Shown here piece by piece: positions 29,438 to 38,671 of a stretch of 64,000 bases of DNA. The DNA is from Bacilli bacterium. Lineage in GTDB: Bacteria > Bacillota_I > Bacilli_A > RFN20 > CAG-826. The notes below the pieces were generated by a model. It ran no database searches. It worked only from the letters and a program-made list of their open reading frames with translations, and was not told where the DNA came from. The stretch lies in NCBI GenBank assembly GCA_040396875.1, contig JBBAWZ010000001.1, positions 110,198-174,197 of the forward strand, in the 5' to 3' direction. Every line of letters starts with the position of its first letter. Within the stretch, counting starts at the first letter, position 1. The position numbers and the translations under genes were made by a program.

Positions 29438-30772
29438 TTATTTCTCCTCATGACCATGATCATCATGGTCTTCAGACTCTTCATGGTGATGATGTCCTGC
29501 TTGATTGGTTAAATGTTGCATTAAATGAACGACTTCATTGACAGGAACCAGTTGTTGTTCTTGGGTTTGTAAATTCTTAATCGTCACTTGGTTGGCTTTC
29601 ATTTCTTGATCACCAATGATGACCGCGTAGATGGCATCTTTTTTGAGCGCAGCTTTGATCGATGCTTTCATGGATTTGTGTTCAAGATTTAATTCAGTTT
29701 TGAAATTGGTATGACGGAAATTATGAGACAACTTTAGTGCATATACATCGGTTTCAGGCATCATCGAAATAATATAAATATCCGTGAAAGGTTTGACATT
29801 ATCTAAGCGCCCGCTATCAGTCAGAACGGCCATAAGTCGTTCAAGACCAAAGGCAAATCCAACCGATTTTAAGGGTTGGCCGCCTAATTCTTTGACTAAA
29901 TTATTATATTGACCACCTGCACCTAAAGCACCATAATCAAGGCCTTTATCCGAGACCATATGGAATTCAAACACACAATCAGCATAATAATCCAAACCTC
30001 TAACGAGTTGGGGATCTTCCGTAAAATCCACATTCAAATCCTTAAGAGCTGATTTAACTTGCGTATAATATGTTTTAGATTCTTTCGATAAAAAATTTGT
30101 AATGTTAGGAGCTTTTTTAGCCAACGTTTGATCTGCAGGCACTTTACAATCTAACATTCTCAATGGATTCGTTTGGAACCGTTGTTGGCAATCAGGACAT
30201 ACCGTGGAAAGATGGGGTTCATAGAAAGCTTTCAGTGCCGTTCGATAGGCATCTCGGGTTGCTGAATCGCCTAGAGAATTCAATTTAACAGTGACTTGTT
30301 TAAATCCCATCACGGAGAAAGCCGTCACACCTAATGAAATAGTTTCGGCAACTGAAAGTGGAGAGGTAATACCAATATTTTCAACACCAAATTGGTGAAA
30401 TTGACGAAAACGCCCTAGTTGAGGTCTTTCATAGCGAAATGCTGGACCTACATAATACAGTTTTAATGGAAGATCGGCGGTAACATCGAGTTTATTTTCA
30501 ACGACTGAACGAATGACCCCAGCGGTCATTTCTGGTCTTAATGATAAGGAACGATCGCCTTTATCGGTGAAGGTATACATTTCTTTTCGAACGATGTCGG
30601 AACTATCACCAACAGAACGCGTAAAGAGTTCGGTATGTTCAAAAATGGGTGTGCGAATGGCAGCATAGCTAAATAACTTTGCAACATTGATTAATGCGCT
30701 TTCAACTTGTTCGTAGGCTTCGGCTTCGGCTAATAAAATATCTTTGGTACCTTTGGGTAATTTGATGTCCAT
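29438..30772 (-). CDS. hisS: histidine--tRNA ligase with His/acidic-rich C-terminal tail
   Basis: Class II motifs (LRPEMTAGV, FRYERPQLGRFRQFHQ, GGQYN, GFAFGLERL). Ends in AGHHHHEESEDHDDHGHEEK. Confidence 0.95.
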   Translation of the reverse strand: MDIKLPKGTKDILLAEAEAYEQVESALINVAKLFSYAAIRTPIFEHTELFTRSVGDSSDIVRKEMYTFTDKGDRSLSLRPEMTAGVIRSVVENKLDVTADLPLKLYYVGPAFRYERPQLGRFRQFHQFGVENIGITSPLSVAETISLGVTAFSVMGFKQVTVKLNSLGDSATRDAYRTALKAFYEPHLSTVCPDCQQRFQTNPLRMLDCKVPADQTLAKKAPNITNFLSKESKTYYTQVKSALKDLNVDFTEDPQLVRGLDYYADCVFEFHMVSDKGLDYGALGAGGQYNNLVKELGGQPLKSVGFAFGLERLMAVLTDSGRLDNVKPFTDIYIISMMPETDVYALKLSHNFRHTNFKTELNLEHKSMKASIKAALKKDAIYAVIIGDQEMKANQVTIKNLQTQEQQLVPVNEVVHLMQHLTNQAGHHHHEESEDHDDHGHEEK

Positions 30773-30784
30773 AAATCCTCTTTT

Positions 30785-32974
30785 CTAATGCGTCACGCGG
30801 TGAATTTCATACACACCAGCTATGTTTAATAATACATTAAAAATATCGTTTAGTCGCTTTGCATCTGTCACAAGAATAGTTAAATTGACCGTGGTGGTTT
30901 GGGTGGTAGGGTGTAACATGGCATTCAGATTGGTCACCGATACTTTGAGTTGAGAAAAAACACCCATAATATCCACAATCAAATTTTGCCGGTCATTACT
31001 TTCTAAACGAATATCCACTGGATGGAGGCTTGTTTCAAGTTGATCGTTCCAAACCACATCCGTTAGGCGATTTTTACTTTGACTTATATTGGGACAGTGT
31101 ATTCGATGCACCGTAATGCCCTTACCCTTGGTAATAAATCCAACAATATCATCACCTGGAATTGGGGTACAGCAGCTTCCTAAGGTGATGGCGACTTTAC
31201 CGGCAGAAGGAACTAATACTGCGGATTTATTGGCTTGAAGTGGTTTTTTACCCAACGTAAACATTGGTTTTTTCTTAATGTTTAAGAATTCAATAATCGC
31301 CGCAGGTGCAGGATTTCGATTATTCATGCCGACGAATAAATCATCGAGTGTTGGCATGTCAAATTTTTCCAATACTTTCGGTTGGTGGACAAGCACGAGC
31401 ATCTCTTTTTCTCCAATTCCATGTTCGCGAAAGGCATCGATACAGTTTTGTTTACCCTTGATAATTTTTTCCTCACGGAGCATATCGTTATTTTTCTTTT
31501 GCAAGAATTTACGAATATGGTTTTTTGCTGTTGCAGTATGAGCAATTTTTAACCAACCTTCATTAGGACCAGGGGAGCTATTTGAGGTACGAATTTCAAT
31601 CACATCACCCGTTTTTAAAATCGTATTGAGAGGAACCAAAGACCCATTCACAATTGCTCCAACCGCAGCATGACCTACACCGGTATGGACACGATAAGCA
31701 AAATCTAAAGGCGTTGATCCGTTGGGTAATTCAACCAATTTTCCTTTGGGAGTAAAAACATAGACTTGTGCTTCAAAAATATCTTTTTGAAGATTTTCCA
31801 TCACTTCTTTTGCATCGCCTTCTTTATCTGCAAGGGTAATTAAATCGCGGAACCAAAATAATTTTTCTTCAATTTCTTTTTGTTCTTTTTGCGGATTATA
31901 GTTGGTGCCTTCTTTATAACGCCAATGCGCTGCAACACCAGTTTCAGCAAGCTCGTTCATTTCTTTGGTACGAATTTGAACCTCAAAAACTTGTCCATCC
32001 TTGGCAATAATCGTGGTATGAATGGATTGGTATAGATTCGGTTTGGGAGCAGCTATATAATCCTTAAAACGATTGGAAAGCGGTGTAAACATTGCATGAA
32101 TATAACCAAGAATTTCATAACAATGGGCAACCGTATCGGTGACAACTCGAATCGCTAAAATATCATAAACTTCATCAAAATTATGCTGTTGAATAAATAC
32201 TTTTCGATAGATTGAATAAATGCCTTTTACGCGAGATTCAATCGAAAAGTTGAGGTGATATTGTAATAACATATCGGCAATTTTCTTTTTGACTTCATCG
32301 AGGGATTTTTCCCGATTTTTCGTTCGCTTATCCATTTGATCCACGACCATTTGGAATTTTTCAGGTTCTAAATATTGAATTGATAAATCCTCAAGTTCGG
32401 TTTTAATTTCAAACATCCCTAAACGGTGCGCAATCGGAGCAAACACTTCTAAAGATTCTTTTGCAAGAACCTTTTGTCTAGTGGGTGATAGTGCTTGTAG
32501 GGTTCGCATGTTATGAAGTCGGTCAGCAAGTTTAATAATGATGACTCGGATATCTCTGGCCATGCCTAAAAAGATTTTTCGATGATCTTCTGCGGCAAAA
32601 TCTTCTGGTTTACGATGAGAAAGTTTGAGCCGTTGAATGTTAGTGAGCGACTCTACAAGTGAAGCAATATCTTCATTAAAGATTGTTTTTAAATCATCAA
32701 CCGTGACGGCAGTATCTTCGACGACATCATGTAAAAAACCAGCTGCGATCGTATGTGGACCACCTTGAAGGGAGGCCAAAATATATGCTACTTCAATTAA
32801 ATGGTGAATATATGGTTCACCACTTTTTCTTAAAATGCCTGTGTGTTTGTCATCGGCAAACTTATAAGCTCGTTCAATCAGTGCTCGATCGTCAGGATTA
32901 CTGATGTAGGCAAAATATTTTTCTTGAACGTCTCCAAACGTATGAAATGTAGAAGTTTTTTTATTTGAATTCAT
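30785..32974 (-). CDS. relA: bifunctional (p)ppGpp synthetase/hydrolase Rel
   Basis: 729 aa. HD hydrolase (HHLIEVA, LHDVVEDT), synthetase, TGS and ACT-like C-terminal regions. Confidence 0.95.
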   Translation of the reverse strand: MNSNKKTSTFHTFGDVQEKYFAYISNPDDRALIERAYKFADDKHTGILRKSGEPYIHHLIEVAYILASLQGGPHTIAAGFLHDVVEDTAVTVDDLKTIFNEDIASLVESLTNIQRLKLSHRKPEDFAAEDHRKIFLGMARDIRVIIIKLADRLHNMRTLQALSPTRQKVLAKESLEVFAPIAHRLGMFEIKTELEDLSIQYLEPEKFQMVVDQMDKRTKNREKSLDEVKKKIADMLLQYHLNFSIESRVKGIYSIYRKVFIQQHNFDEVYDILAIRVVTDTVAHCYEILGYIHAMFTPLSNRFKDYIAAPKPNLYQSIHTTIIAKDGQVFEVQIRTKEMNELAETGVAAHWRYKEGTNYNPQKEQKEIEEKLFWFRDLITLADKEGDAKEVMENLQKDIFEAQVYVFTPKGKLVELPNGSTPLDFAYRVHTGVGHAAVGAIVNGSLVPLNTILKTGDVIEIRTSNSSPGPNEGWLKIAHTATAKNHIRKFLQKKNNDMLREEKIIKGKQNCIDAFREHGIGEKEMLVLVHQPKVLEKFDMPTLDDLFVGMNNRNPAPAAIIEFLNIKKKPMFTLGKKPLQANKSAVLVPSAGKVAITLGSCCTPIPGDDIVGFITKGKGITVHRIHCPNISQSKNRLTDVVWNDQLETSLHPVDIRLESNDRQNLIVDIMGVFSQLKVSVTNLNAMLHPTTQTTTVNLTILVTDAKRLNDIFNVLLNIAGVYEIHRVTH

Positions 32975-32982
32975 CTCAATTC

Positions 32983-32991
32983 ATTATATCA
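32983..32991 (-). promoter_or_regulatory. extended -10 (TGATATAAT) for relA-hisS-aspS-tkt
   Basis: Minus-strand TGATATAAT sits only 8 nt before the relA ATG, with no Shine-Dalgarno sequence in between. Confidence 0.5.
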
Positions 32992-33001
32992 AATTCATTA
33001 A

Positions 33002-33026
33002 AAAACCCTATCAAAGATAGGGTTTT
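33002..33026 (-). terminator. intrinsic terminator after secDF
   Basis: Minus-strand AAAACCCTATC-TTT-GATAGGGTTTT stem-loop running into a T stretch, 14 nt after the secDF stop. Confidence 0.75.
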
Positions 33027-33039
33027 ATCAGAAGTTTGT

Positions 33040-35598
33040 TTAGTCGTTAATGCCGATGTAAGTTGCTTCTTGAGGTTCTGTACTTCGGGTGGTTTCTTCA
33101 GACTTCAATTTTGCCTTACGTTTAGGTAGCCATTCGAAGCTTAAGGTCTGATTCAAACCACTAAATAATTTAAAGATTGGTTTAAAAACTGCAGGGATAA
33201 TCGCAGTGGTAAACAATGCAACCATGGCACTACCTAGTAAGATTGCAGCAAATAAACCTTGAAGAGCACCAGGCCCTAAAGCTAAATAGGTCAGACCTGG
33301 ATAAACTAAGGCAAGAACGGTTAAAAAAATGGGGGCTGCAAGTTGGCTGGATGCCTTCTTTAAGGATAAAGTGAAATCATCAATAGAAGCTGGTCGATCT
33401 TTTTGAATACCTTGAAGATCTTTTGCTCTCAAGAAAATAGATAGAGTCGAAATCATGGCTAAATAGCTAATGATGATCATACTTAAGGTAATGGTAGATA
33501 AAGAAGGAATTCGTGTTGCAACAAATAAACCAAGGGTTAGTAAACCCAAAGCTGCACTAATCAAGGTGGTGGTGAATGCTTTTGCAATACCATGACGAAT
33601 CAATAAATAAACTGTCACTAAACTGATGGCAATTAAAGCACCCAACGTCATGTCCATGACAGTGGGTTGATTGGTTAAGGTTTCACCAGGATAAAAACCA
33701 ACCATGGTCACTTGATCATCTTCATAAACGATAGTAATCACTTCTTCTAAAAGGTCATTGAAGTTATCACTTTCGAGAATCGGATCAGTCCCGTTATTAA
33801 AACTAAAGGTAACATCTTCAAGTGTTTCGATGGCAAGTTCTGCAACAAAAATTCGATATGCGACAGCGATATCATTTTCTCGACGAGTTAAATCATGAAC
33901 TTGAATGGTGGATTCACTCAATGCTAAGGATTCACCATCAATCAAGAGATTATCAATTAATACTTGTAAATCAGCAGTGGTTTCAAATTGAGAGAATTCC
34001 TTAGCTTCTAAATAAAGACGAGCATTACTTGTTTGAGTTGGTGTGGCAATCGCTGGTAAATTGAAAGTCGATAGTGTCACCATCGCGATCAAGGTAAGTA
34101 ATCCACCAACCATGGCGATCGGAGAAAGAAGCGGACCTTTAGAAGCAAAATCACGTGTAGCAAATCGACCAACGTAAACTGGTTTTTCATTTTTCAATAA
34201 ATCTGGAATGAGCGAGGCTTTGAGATTCAACCATGCTAACTTTTTCGTCAAAATCGTGGCCTGTAAGAATTGTCCAAATAACAATTGATTACCTAAATAA
34301 ACGATGATGGCGTTGCTAACGGAACCAATCATTAAGATAACCGCCAAGCTTTGGGCAAGATTACCACCGAAGATATAAAGGAATAAACCAAAGATTAGAC
34401 TGATGACCGTTACATCAATCAACAAAGGTAACAATTGACCATTCGCTTCAGCATGAGCTTTTTTAAAACTTCTTCCTTGATAAATTTCTCGGCGAGTGTA
34501 AGTTAAGTACATGACAGATGTAAAGATACCGAGGATACCGATAATTAAAAATCCGATTAAAGCGCCACTTGAAAATTCTAAATTTAAAGTGATAAAAATA
34601 AATAAAGTTAAAAACACTGAGAGTGTCGTCGTACTAAGGATACCCAATGCACCAAGTCGATAGACAATCGCTAAGACAACAACCATCATGGTGATAGCAA
34701 TCACCATCGCCCATAAGGTTTGACTATTCGCAAGTGAGAGTATAGTTTCGAGTGATAAAAGCGCTTCGACCGCTGCGGGAACATTTTGAGCATATAAGAA
34801 CTCAACAGAATATGCTAAATCACCAGCATTAAATAAGTTTCGATAATAAATGGCTTCTTCATTCGCCTGGGCAACAACCGTGGAAGCAAAAATATTATTT
34901 TCATTCGGTTGACCAAATTGAGAAGGAGAAACTAAATAAGCTAGTTCTGTTTTGGCTTCAGTGTCCCACCATAAGTTATTCACAGGAAAACGAAGGAGAA
35001 TTTTTTCAGCGATTTCAGGATTGTTTAAAGATTCAGAGTAAGAATCTTCTTCAACTTTTCCAGCCCAAAGTAGCAATTCACCATCGGTTGATTCTTCACC
35101 ACCGGCTTCAGTGATGAGCACTTCTTTTAAATACGTTAGATCTTCAACTGAAAAGACGACAAATGGATTTTGACCTTTATATTCAATTCGTGCAGTTTGA
35201 CCATTGAACATTTGTTCACTGGTTGCACAAACTTCTGTTGTAGTGCACAAAGTAAATTCTGCATCAAATCCTAGGTAGTTTTGTAATCGCGTATATTTAG
35301 TGTCTGACGTTTCTGAAAGGGTTACACGAATTTGATCATTACCTTCTACCATGACTTCGTATTTGGTGACCAAGGCGTTTTCTAATCGATCAATCATCGC
35401 ATTTGCGATGGTGGTGACGGCTTCGTTATCTTCAAAAGCAGCATCTTCATTGATTTTGTCGGCGATTCTAAAGACCATTTCTTTACCAGAAGTAAATTCT
35501 AAGTTCGTATTCAAACCACCCACGACCGAAAGGAAATTAACACCAATCAAAATCAGCGTTGTTAAAGATAAAATGAGATAACTCCAAATTCTTCGCAT
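33040..35598 (-). CDS. secDF: protein translocase subunit SecDF (fused)
   Basis: About 850-aa polytopic protein with two periplasmic-type domains and 12 TM segments. ATG 35598 (MRRIWSYLIL) has GGAGGA 6 nt upstream. The track start is an upstream TTG. Confidence 0.9.
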   Translation of the reverse strand: MRRIWSYLILSLTTLILIGVNFLSVVGGLNTNLEFTSGKEMVFRIADKINEDAAFEDNEAVTTIANAMIDRLENALVTKYEVMVEGNDQIRVTLSETSDTKYTRLQNYLGFDAEFTLCTTTEVCATSEQMFNGQTARIEYKGQNPFVVFSVEDLTYLKEVLITEAGGEESTDGELLLWAGKVEEDSYSESLNNPEIAEKILLRFPVNNLWWDTEAKTELAYLVSPSQFGQPNENNIFASTVVAQANEEAIYYRNLFNAGDLAYSVEFLYAQNVPAAVEALLSLETILSLANSQTLWAMVIAITMMVVVLAIVYRLGALGILSTTTLSVFLTLFIFITLNLEFSSGALIGFLIIGILGIFTSVMYLTYTRREIYQGRSFKKAHAEANGQLLPLLIDVTVISLIFGLFLYIFGGNLAQSLAVILMIGSVSNAIIVYLGNQLLFGQFLQATILTKKLAWLNLKASLIPDLLKNEKPVYVGRFATRDFASKGPLLSPIAMVGGLLTLIAMVTLSTFNLPAIATPTQTSNARLYLEAKEFSQFETTADLQVLIDNLLIDGESLALSESTIQVHDLTRRENDIAVAYRIFVAELAIETLEDVTFSFNNGTDPILESDNFNDLLEEVITIVYEDDQVTMVGFYPGETLTNQPTVMDMTLGALIAISLVTVYLLIRHGIAKAFTTTLISAALGLLTLGLFVATRIPSLSTITLSMIIISYLAMISTLSIFLRAKDLQGIQKDRPASIDDFTLSLKKASSQLAAPIFLTVLALVYPGLTYLALGPGALQGLFAAILLGSAMVALFTTAIIPAVFKPIFKLFSGLNQTLSFEWLPKRKAKLKSEETTRSTEPQEATYIGIND

Positions 35599-35701
35599 GT
35601 TTGATCCTCCGAAAGGTCTTTTAAACGACAAATGTCGCTATAACACTTTACTATGTTTTGGGTGTAAATTCAATGAAAAATAGTAGAAAAATCTTGTGTT
35701 T

Positions 35702-36706
35702 TTAGAACAATAATCCTTGAAAGGGACGTTTGAGATGTTGATATGCTTTTTCCGTTGCTACGCGACCTCGAGGTGTTCGATTGATTAAACCAATTTGTAA
35801 CAAGTAAGGTTCATAAACATCTTCCAAATTCATAATTTCTTCACCGATAGCAGAGGCTAAAGCTTCAAGACCTACAGGTCCACCTTTGAACCGATCAATG
35901 ATCCCCAACAAATAACGAATATCGACATCATCAAGACCTAATGGATCTACTTTTAGTGCTTGAAGTGCTTTTTGTGTAAGTTCTAGATTAATGGAGGTTT
36001 GTTTTTCAAAATGGGCAAAATCGCGAATCCGTCTAAATAGACGATTAGCAATACGAGGTGTGCCGCGAGAACGCTTACCTAATTCTGTGACCGCTTGATC
36101 TTCAATCGGCATATGTAAAACTTTACCCGTTCGTTTTATAATCGCTTCAATTTCTTGCTGACTATAAAAATTAAGTTTTTCAGTGATGCCAAATCGTCCA
36201 CGAAGCGGAGACGATAAATCCCCAGCCCGAGTCGTGGCACCGATTAATGTAAAAGGTGGTAATGCTAAATTAATGGTACGGCTACTACCTTCGCGATTCA
36301 CTAAAACTGAAACATGAAAATCTTCCATCGCCCCATAAAGGACTTCCTCTACAATCGCAGGAAGGCGATGAATTTCATCAATAAAAAGAATGTCCCCTGG
36401 TTCAAGCGCCGTTAAGACGGCAGCCAAATCACCGGTTCGTTCGATACTTGGACCTGTCACGGTCTTGATTTGACTTTTCATTTCGTTGGCAATGATATGA
36501 GCAAGGGTGGTTTTGCCTAATCCGGGTGGCCCATAAAGGAGTAAATGATCAAGGGTTTCTTGACGATGTTTAGCAGCACCAATAAAAACCTTAAGGTTAT
36601 CTAAAAGTTGTCGCTGACCAATATATTCTTTCAGAAGTTGAGGGCGAAGGGATAATTCTTCGCTCACTTCTTCTTGTTGTTTTTTTGCATCAACAATTCG
36701 TGCCAT
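35702..36706 (-). CDS. ruvB: Holliday junction helicase RuvB
   Basis: LLYGPPGLGKTTLA Walker A, FIDEIHRL, sensor motifs, 334 aa. Confidence 0.95.
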   Translation of the reverse strand: MARIVDAKKQQEEVSEELSLRPQLLKEYIGQRQLLDNLKVFIGAAKHRQETLDHLLLYGPPGLGKTTLAHIIANEMKSQIKTVTGPSIERTGDLAAVLTALEPGDILFIDEIHRLPAIVEEVLYGAMEDFHVSVLVNREGSSRTINLALPPFTLIGATTRAGDLSSPLRGRFGITEKLNFYSQQEIEAIIKRTGKVLHMPIEDQAVTELGKRSRGTPRIANRLFRRIRDFAHFEKQTSINLELTQKALQALKVDPLGLDDVDIRYLLGIIDRFKGGPVGLEALASAIGEEIMNLEDVYEPYLLQIGLINRTPRGRVATEKAYQHLKRPFQGLLF

Positions 36707-36708
36707 AC

Positions 36709-37275
36709 CTATTTACCCAATCGTTTTAATGCGAGTTTGATAAGTTGTTCGGTATTGGCAGATTCTACGACCATATCTTTTAATGCACGATCGATTTCAT
36801 TACCTTTAAAACCTAAAGATTTTAAGGCATCTCTCACTTCACTTAATCGACTATCTTCTTTCGTTGAAACTTTGGGAGTATCGAAAGTAATTTTTCCTTT
36901 TAGGTCTAGAATGATTTGACTTGCAGCTTTGGGTCCAATACTCGGTAAAGATTTTAAAAATGCGATGTTACCTTCGTTAATGCCTTGAATGATTTGATCT
37001 GGTGAAGCCCCTGATAATGCACCTATCGCTGTTTTAGGTCCAATTCCTTTGACCGACAGTAACTGTTCAAAAATTCGTTTTTCAAGCAGTTTGGCAAATC
37101 CGACTAAAAATTGGTCGCCTTCGCGAATAACATGATAGGTATAAACATGATTAATTTCATTTAATTGAAAAGATTCAGGTTTGGTTATATAAACAAAATA
37201 CCCCACACCCTGTACCTCGATCACCAAATGATCGGATTGCAATTTAACGACTAGACCAGTTAATGAATAAATCAT
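36709..37275 (-). CDS. ruvA: Holliday junction DNA-binding protein RuvA
   Basis: MIYSLTGLVV...GVGYFVY N-terminus and two HhH motifs (VKGIGPKTA, LPSIGPKAA). Confidence 0.9.
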   Translation of the reverse strand: MIYSLTGLVVKLQSDHLVIEVQGVGYFVYITKPESFQLNEINHVYTYHVIREGDQFLVGFAKLLEKRIFEQLLSVKGIGPKTAIGALSGASPDQIIQGINEGNIAFLKSLPSIGPKAASQIILDLKGKITFDTPKVSTKEDSRLSEVRDALKSLGFKGNEIDRALKDMVVESANTEQLIKLALKRLGK

Positions 37276-37376
37276 ATATTGAGTTGAACCACGCCTAAGA
37301 AAAATAAGATTAAGAGAACAAAAATGGTAATAATGGTAGAGACCAAGACAAGTAAAGTAGACAGCTCTTTTCGCAT
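37272..37376 (-). CDS. candidate 34-aa hydrophobic peptide, translationally coupled to ruvA
   Basis: Absent from the track. ATG 37376 to TGA 37272 gives MRKELSTLLVLVSTIITIFVLLILFFLGVVQLNI. Its TGA overlaps the ruvA ATG (ATATGA). TATAAT (37383-37388) lies 6 nt upstream and there is no Shine-Dalgarno sequence. Confidence 0.35.
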   Translation of the reverse strand: MRKELSTLLVLVSTIITIFVLLILFFLGVVQLNI

Positions 37377-37400
37377 ATCGATATTATATAACGCTTTCAA

Positions 37401-38669
37401 CTAGGAATAATATGTAAACTCAAACTCGCCAATCACCACCGTATCGCCTTCTTTGATACCCATGGTTTCTAAAGCATCTTCTACCTTAATTTTACGTAGA
37501 TATTGTAATAAACTCATGATACCTTGATCGGTCGACAAATTGAATTTTTGATAAGTAGCTTCAACTTCTTCACCTTGAATGACAAAGATATGTTCACTTC
37601 GTTTGGTAATTTTAAAAATCGAAGGGGTTTGATAGGTGTATATTTTTTCTTCAGTGGTCGCTACTAATTTTTTCTTCGTGATTGGATTTTTGACTAACTC
37701 AAGTTCAATAGCATCTAGCAATTCAGGAACACCTTCATTGGAAAGAACGCTAATTGGAAATATTTTTTTACGTTTTAAAAATGTTTTTAATTTTTTTAAG
37801 TTTTCTTCTGAAGCAGGTTCATCCATTTTAGAAGCCACAATCAACGTTGGTTTGTCCAATAATTCTTCGGCATACGCTTTCAATTCTTTTAAAATACTTT
37901 GATATGCATAAACGGGGTCTCGATGGGAAGCCATATCGACCACATGAAGCAGGACTCTGCAGCGTTCAATATGTCTTAAAAAATTAAGTCCTAACCCTTT
38001 TCCTTGATGGGCACCTTCAATTAAACCGGGTAAATCCGCAATCGTAAAAGGTGCTTTTTCTGGTCTTTGAACAACTCCTAATTGAGGAACCAGAGTGGTA
38101 AATTCATAGTCTGCAATATCAGGTTTTGCATTCGATACAACGCTTAATAAGGAACTTTTTCCGACAGAAGGAAATCCAACGATGCCAACGTCCGCTAACA
38201 ATTTTAATTCAATCGTAATTTTTTTTGACTCGCCTGGGGCACCTTTTTCAGCAATTCTAGGGGCACGATTGACACTAGATTTATACGTGGCGTTACCACG
38301 ACCACCTCGGCCGCCCTTAACAATCAATGCTTTTTCACCATCTTCATATAAATCAGCGATAATTTGTTGCGTTTCATCATCATAAACAACAGTACCAATC
38401 GGCACCAAAATAATTAAATCTTCAGCGGACTTTCCGTATCGATCCGTGGATTGACCATTATCACCATCTAAGGCAATAATTTTTCGTTGATATCTAAATT
38501 TATATAAAGTAGTTTCCGATCGTGATGCTTGAAAATAGATGGATGAACCTCGACCTCCACCACCGCCATCAGGACCACCATATTCCATAAACTTAAGTCT
38601 TAAAAAAGAAATGGCACCATCGCCACCCTTCCCGGCTTTTACACTAATTTGAGCACGATCAATAAACAT
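37401..38669 (-). CDS. obg: GTPase Obg
   Basis: MFIDRAQISVKAGKGGDG Obg fold, GFPSVGKSS, DLPGLIEGA, C-terminal OCT domain. Confidence 0.95.
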   Translation of the reverse strand: MFIDRAQISVKAGKGGDGAISFLRLKFMEYGGPDGGGGGRGSSIYFQASRSETTLYKFRYQRKIIALDGDNGQSTDRYGKSAEDLIILVPIGTVVYDDETQQIIADLYEDGEKALIVKGGRGGRGNATYKSSVNRAPRIAEKGAPGESKKITIELKLLADVGIVGFPSVGKSSLLSVVSNAKPDIADYEFTTLVPQLGVVQRPEKAPFTIADLPGLIEGAHQGKGLGLNFLRHIERCRVLLHVVDMASHRDPVYAYQSILKELKAYAEELLDKPTLIVASKMDEPASEENLKKLKTFLKRKKIFPISVLSNEGVPELLDAIELELVKNPITKKKLVATTEEKIYTYQTPSIFKITKRSEHIFVIQGEEVEATYQKFNLSTDQGIMSLLQYLRKIKVEDALETMGIKEGDTVVIGEFEFTYYS

Positions 38670-38671
38670 AA

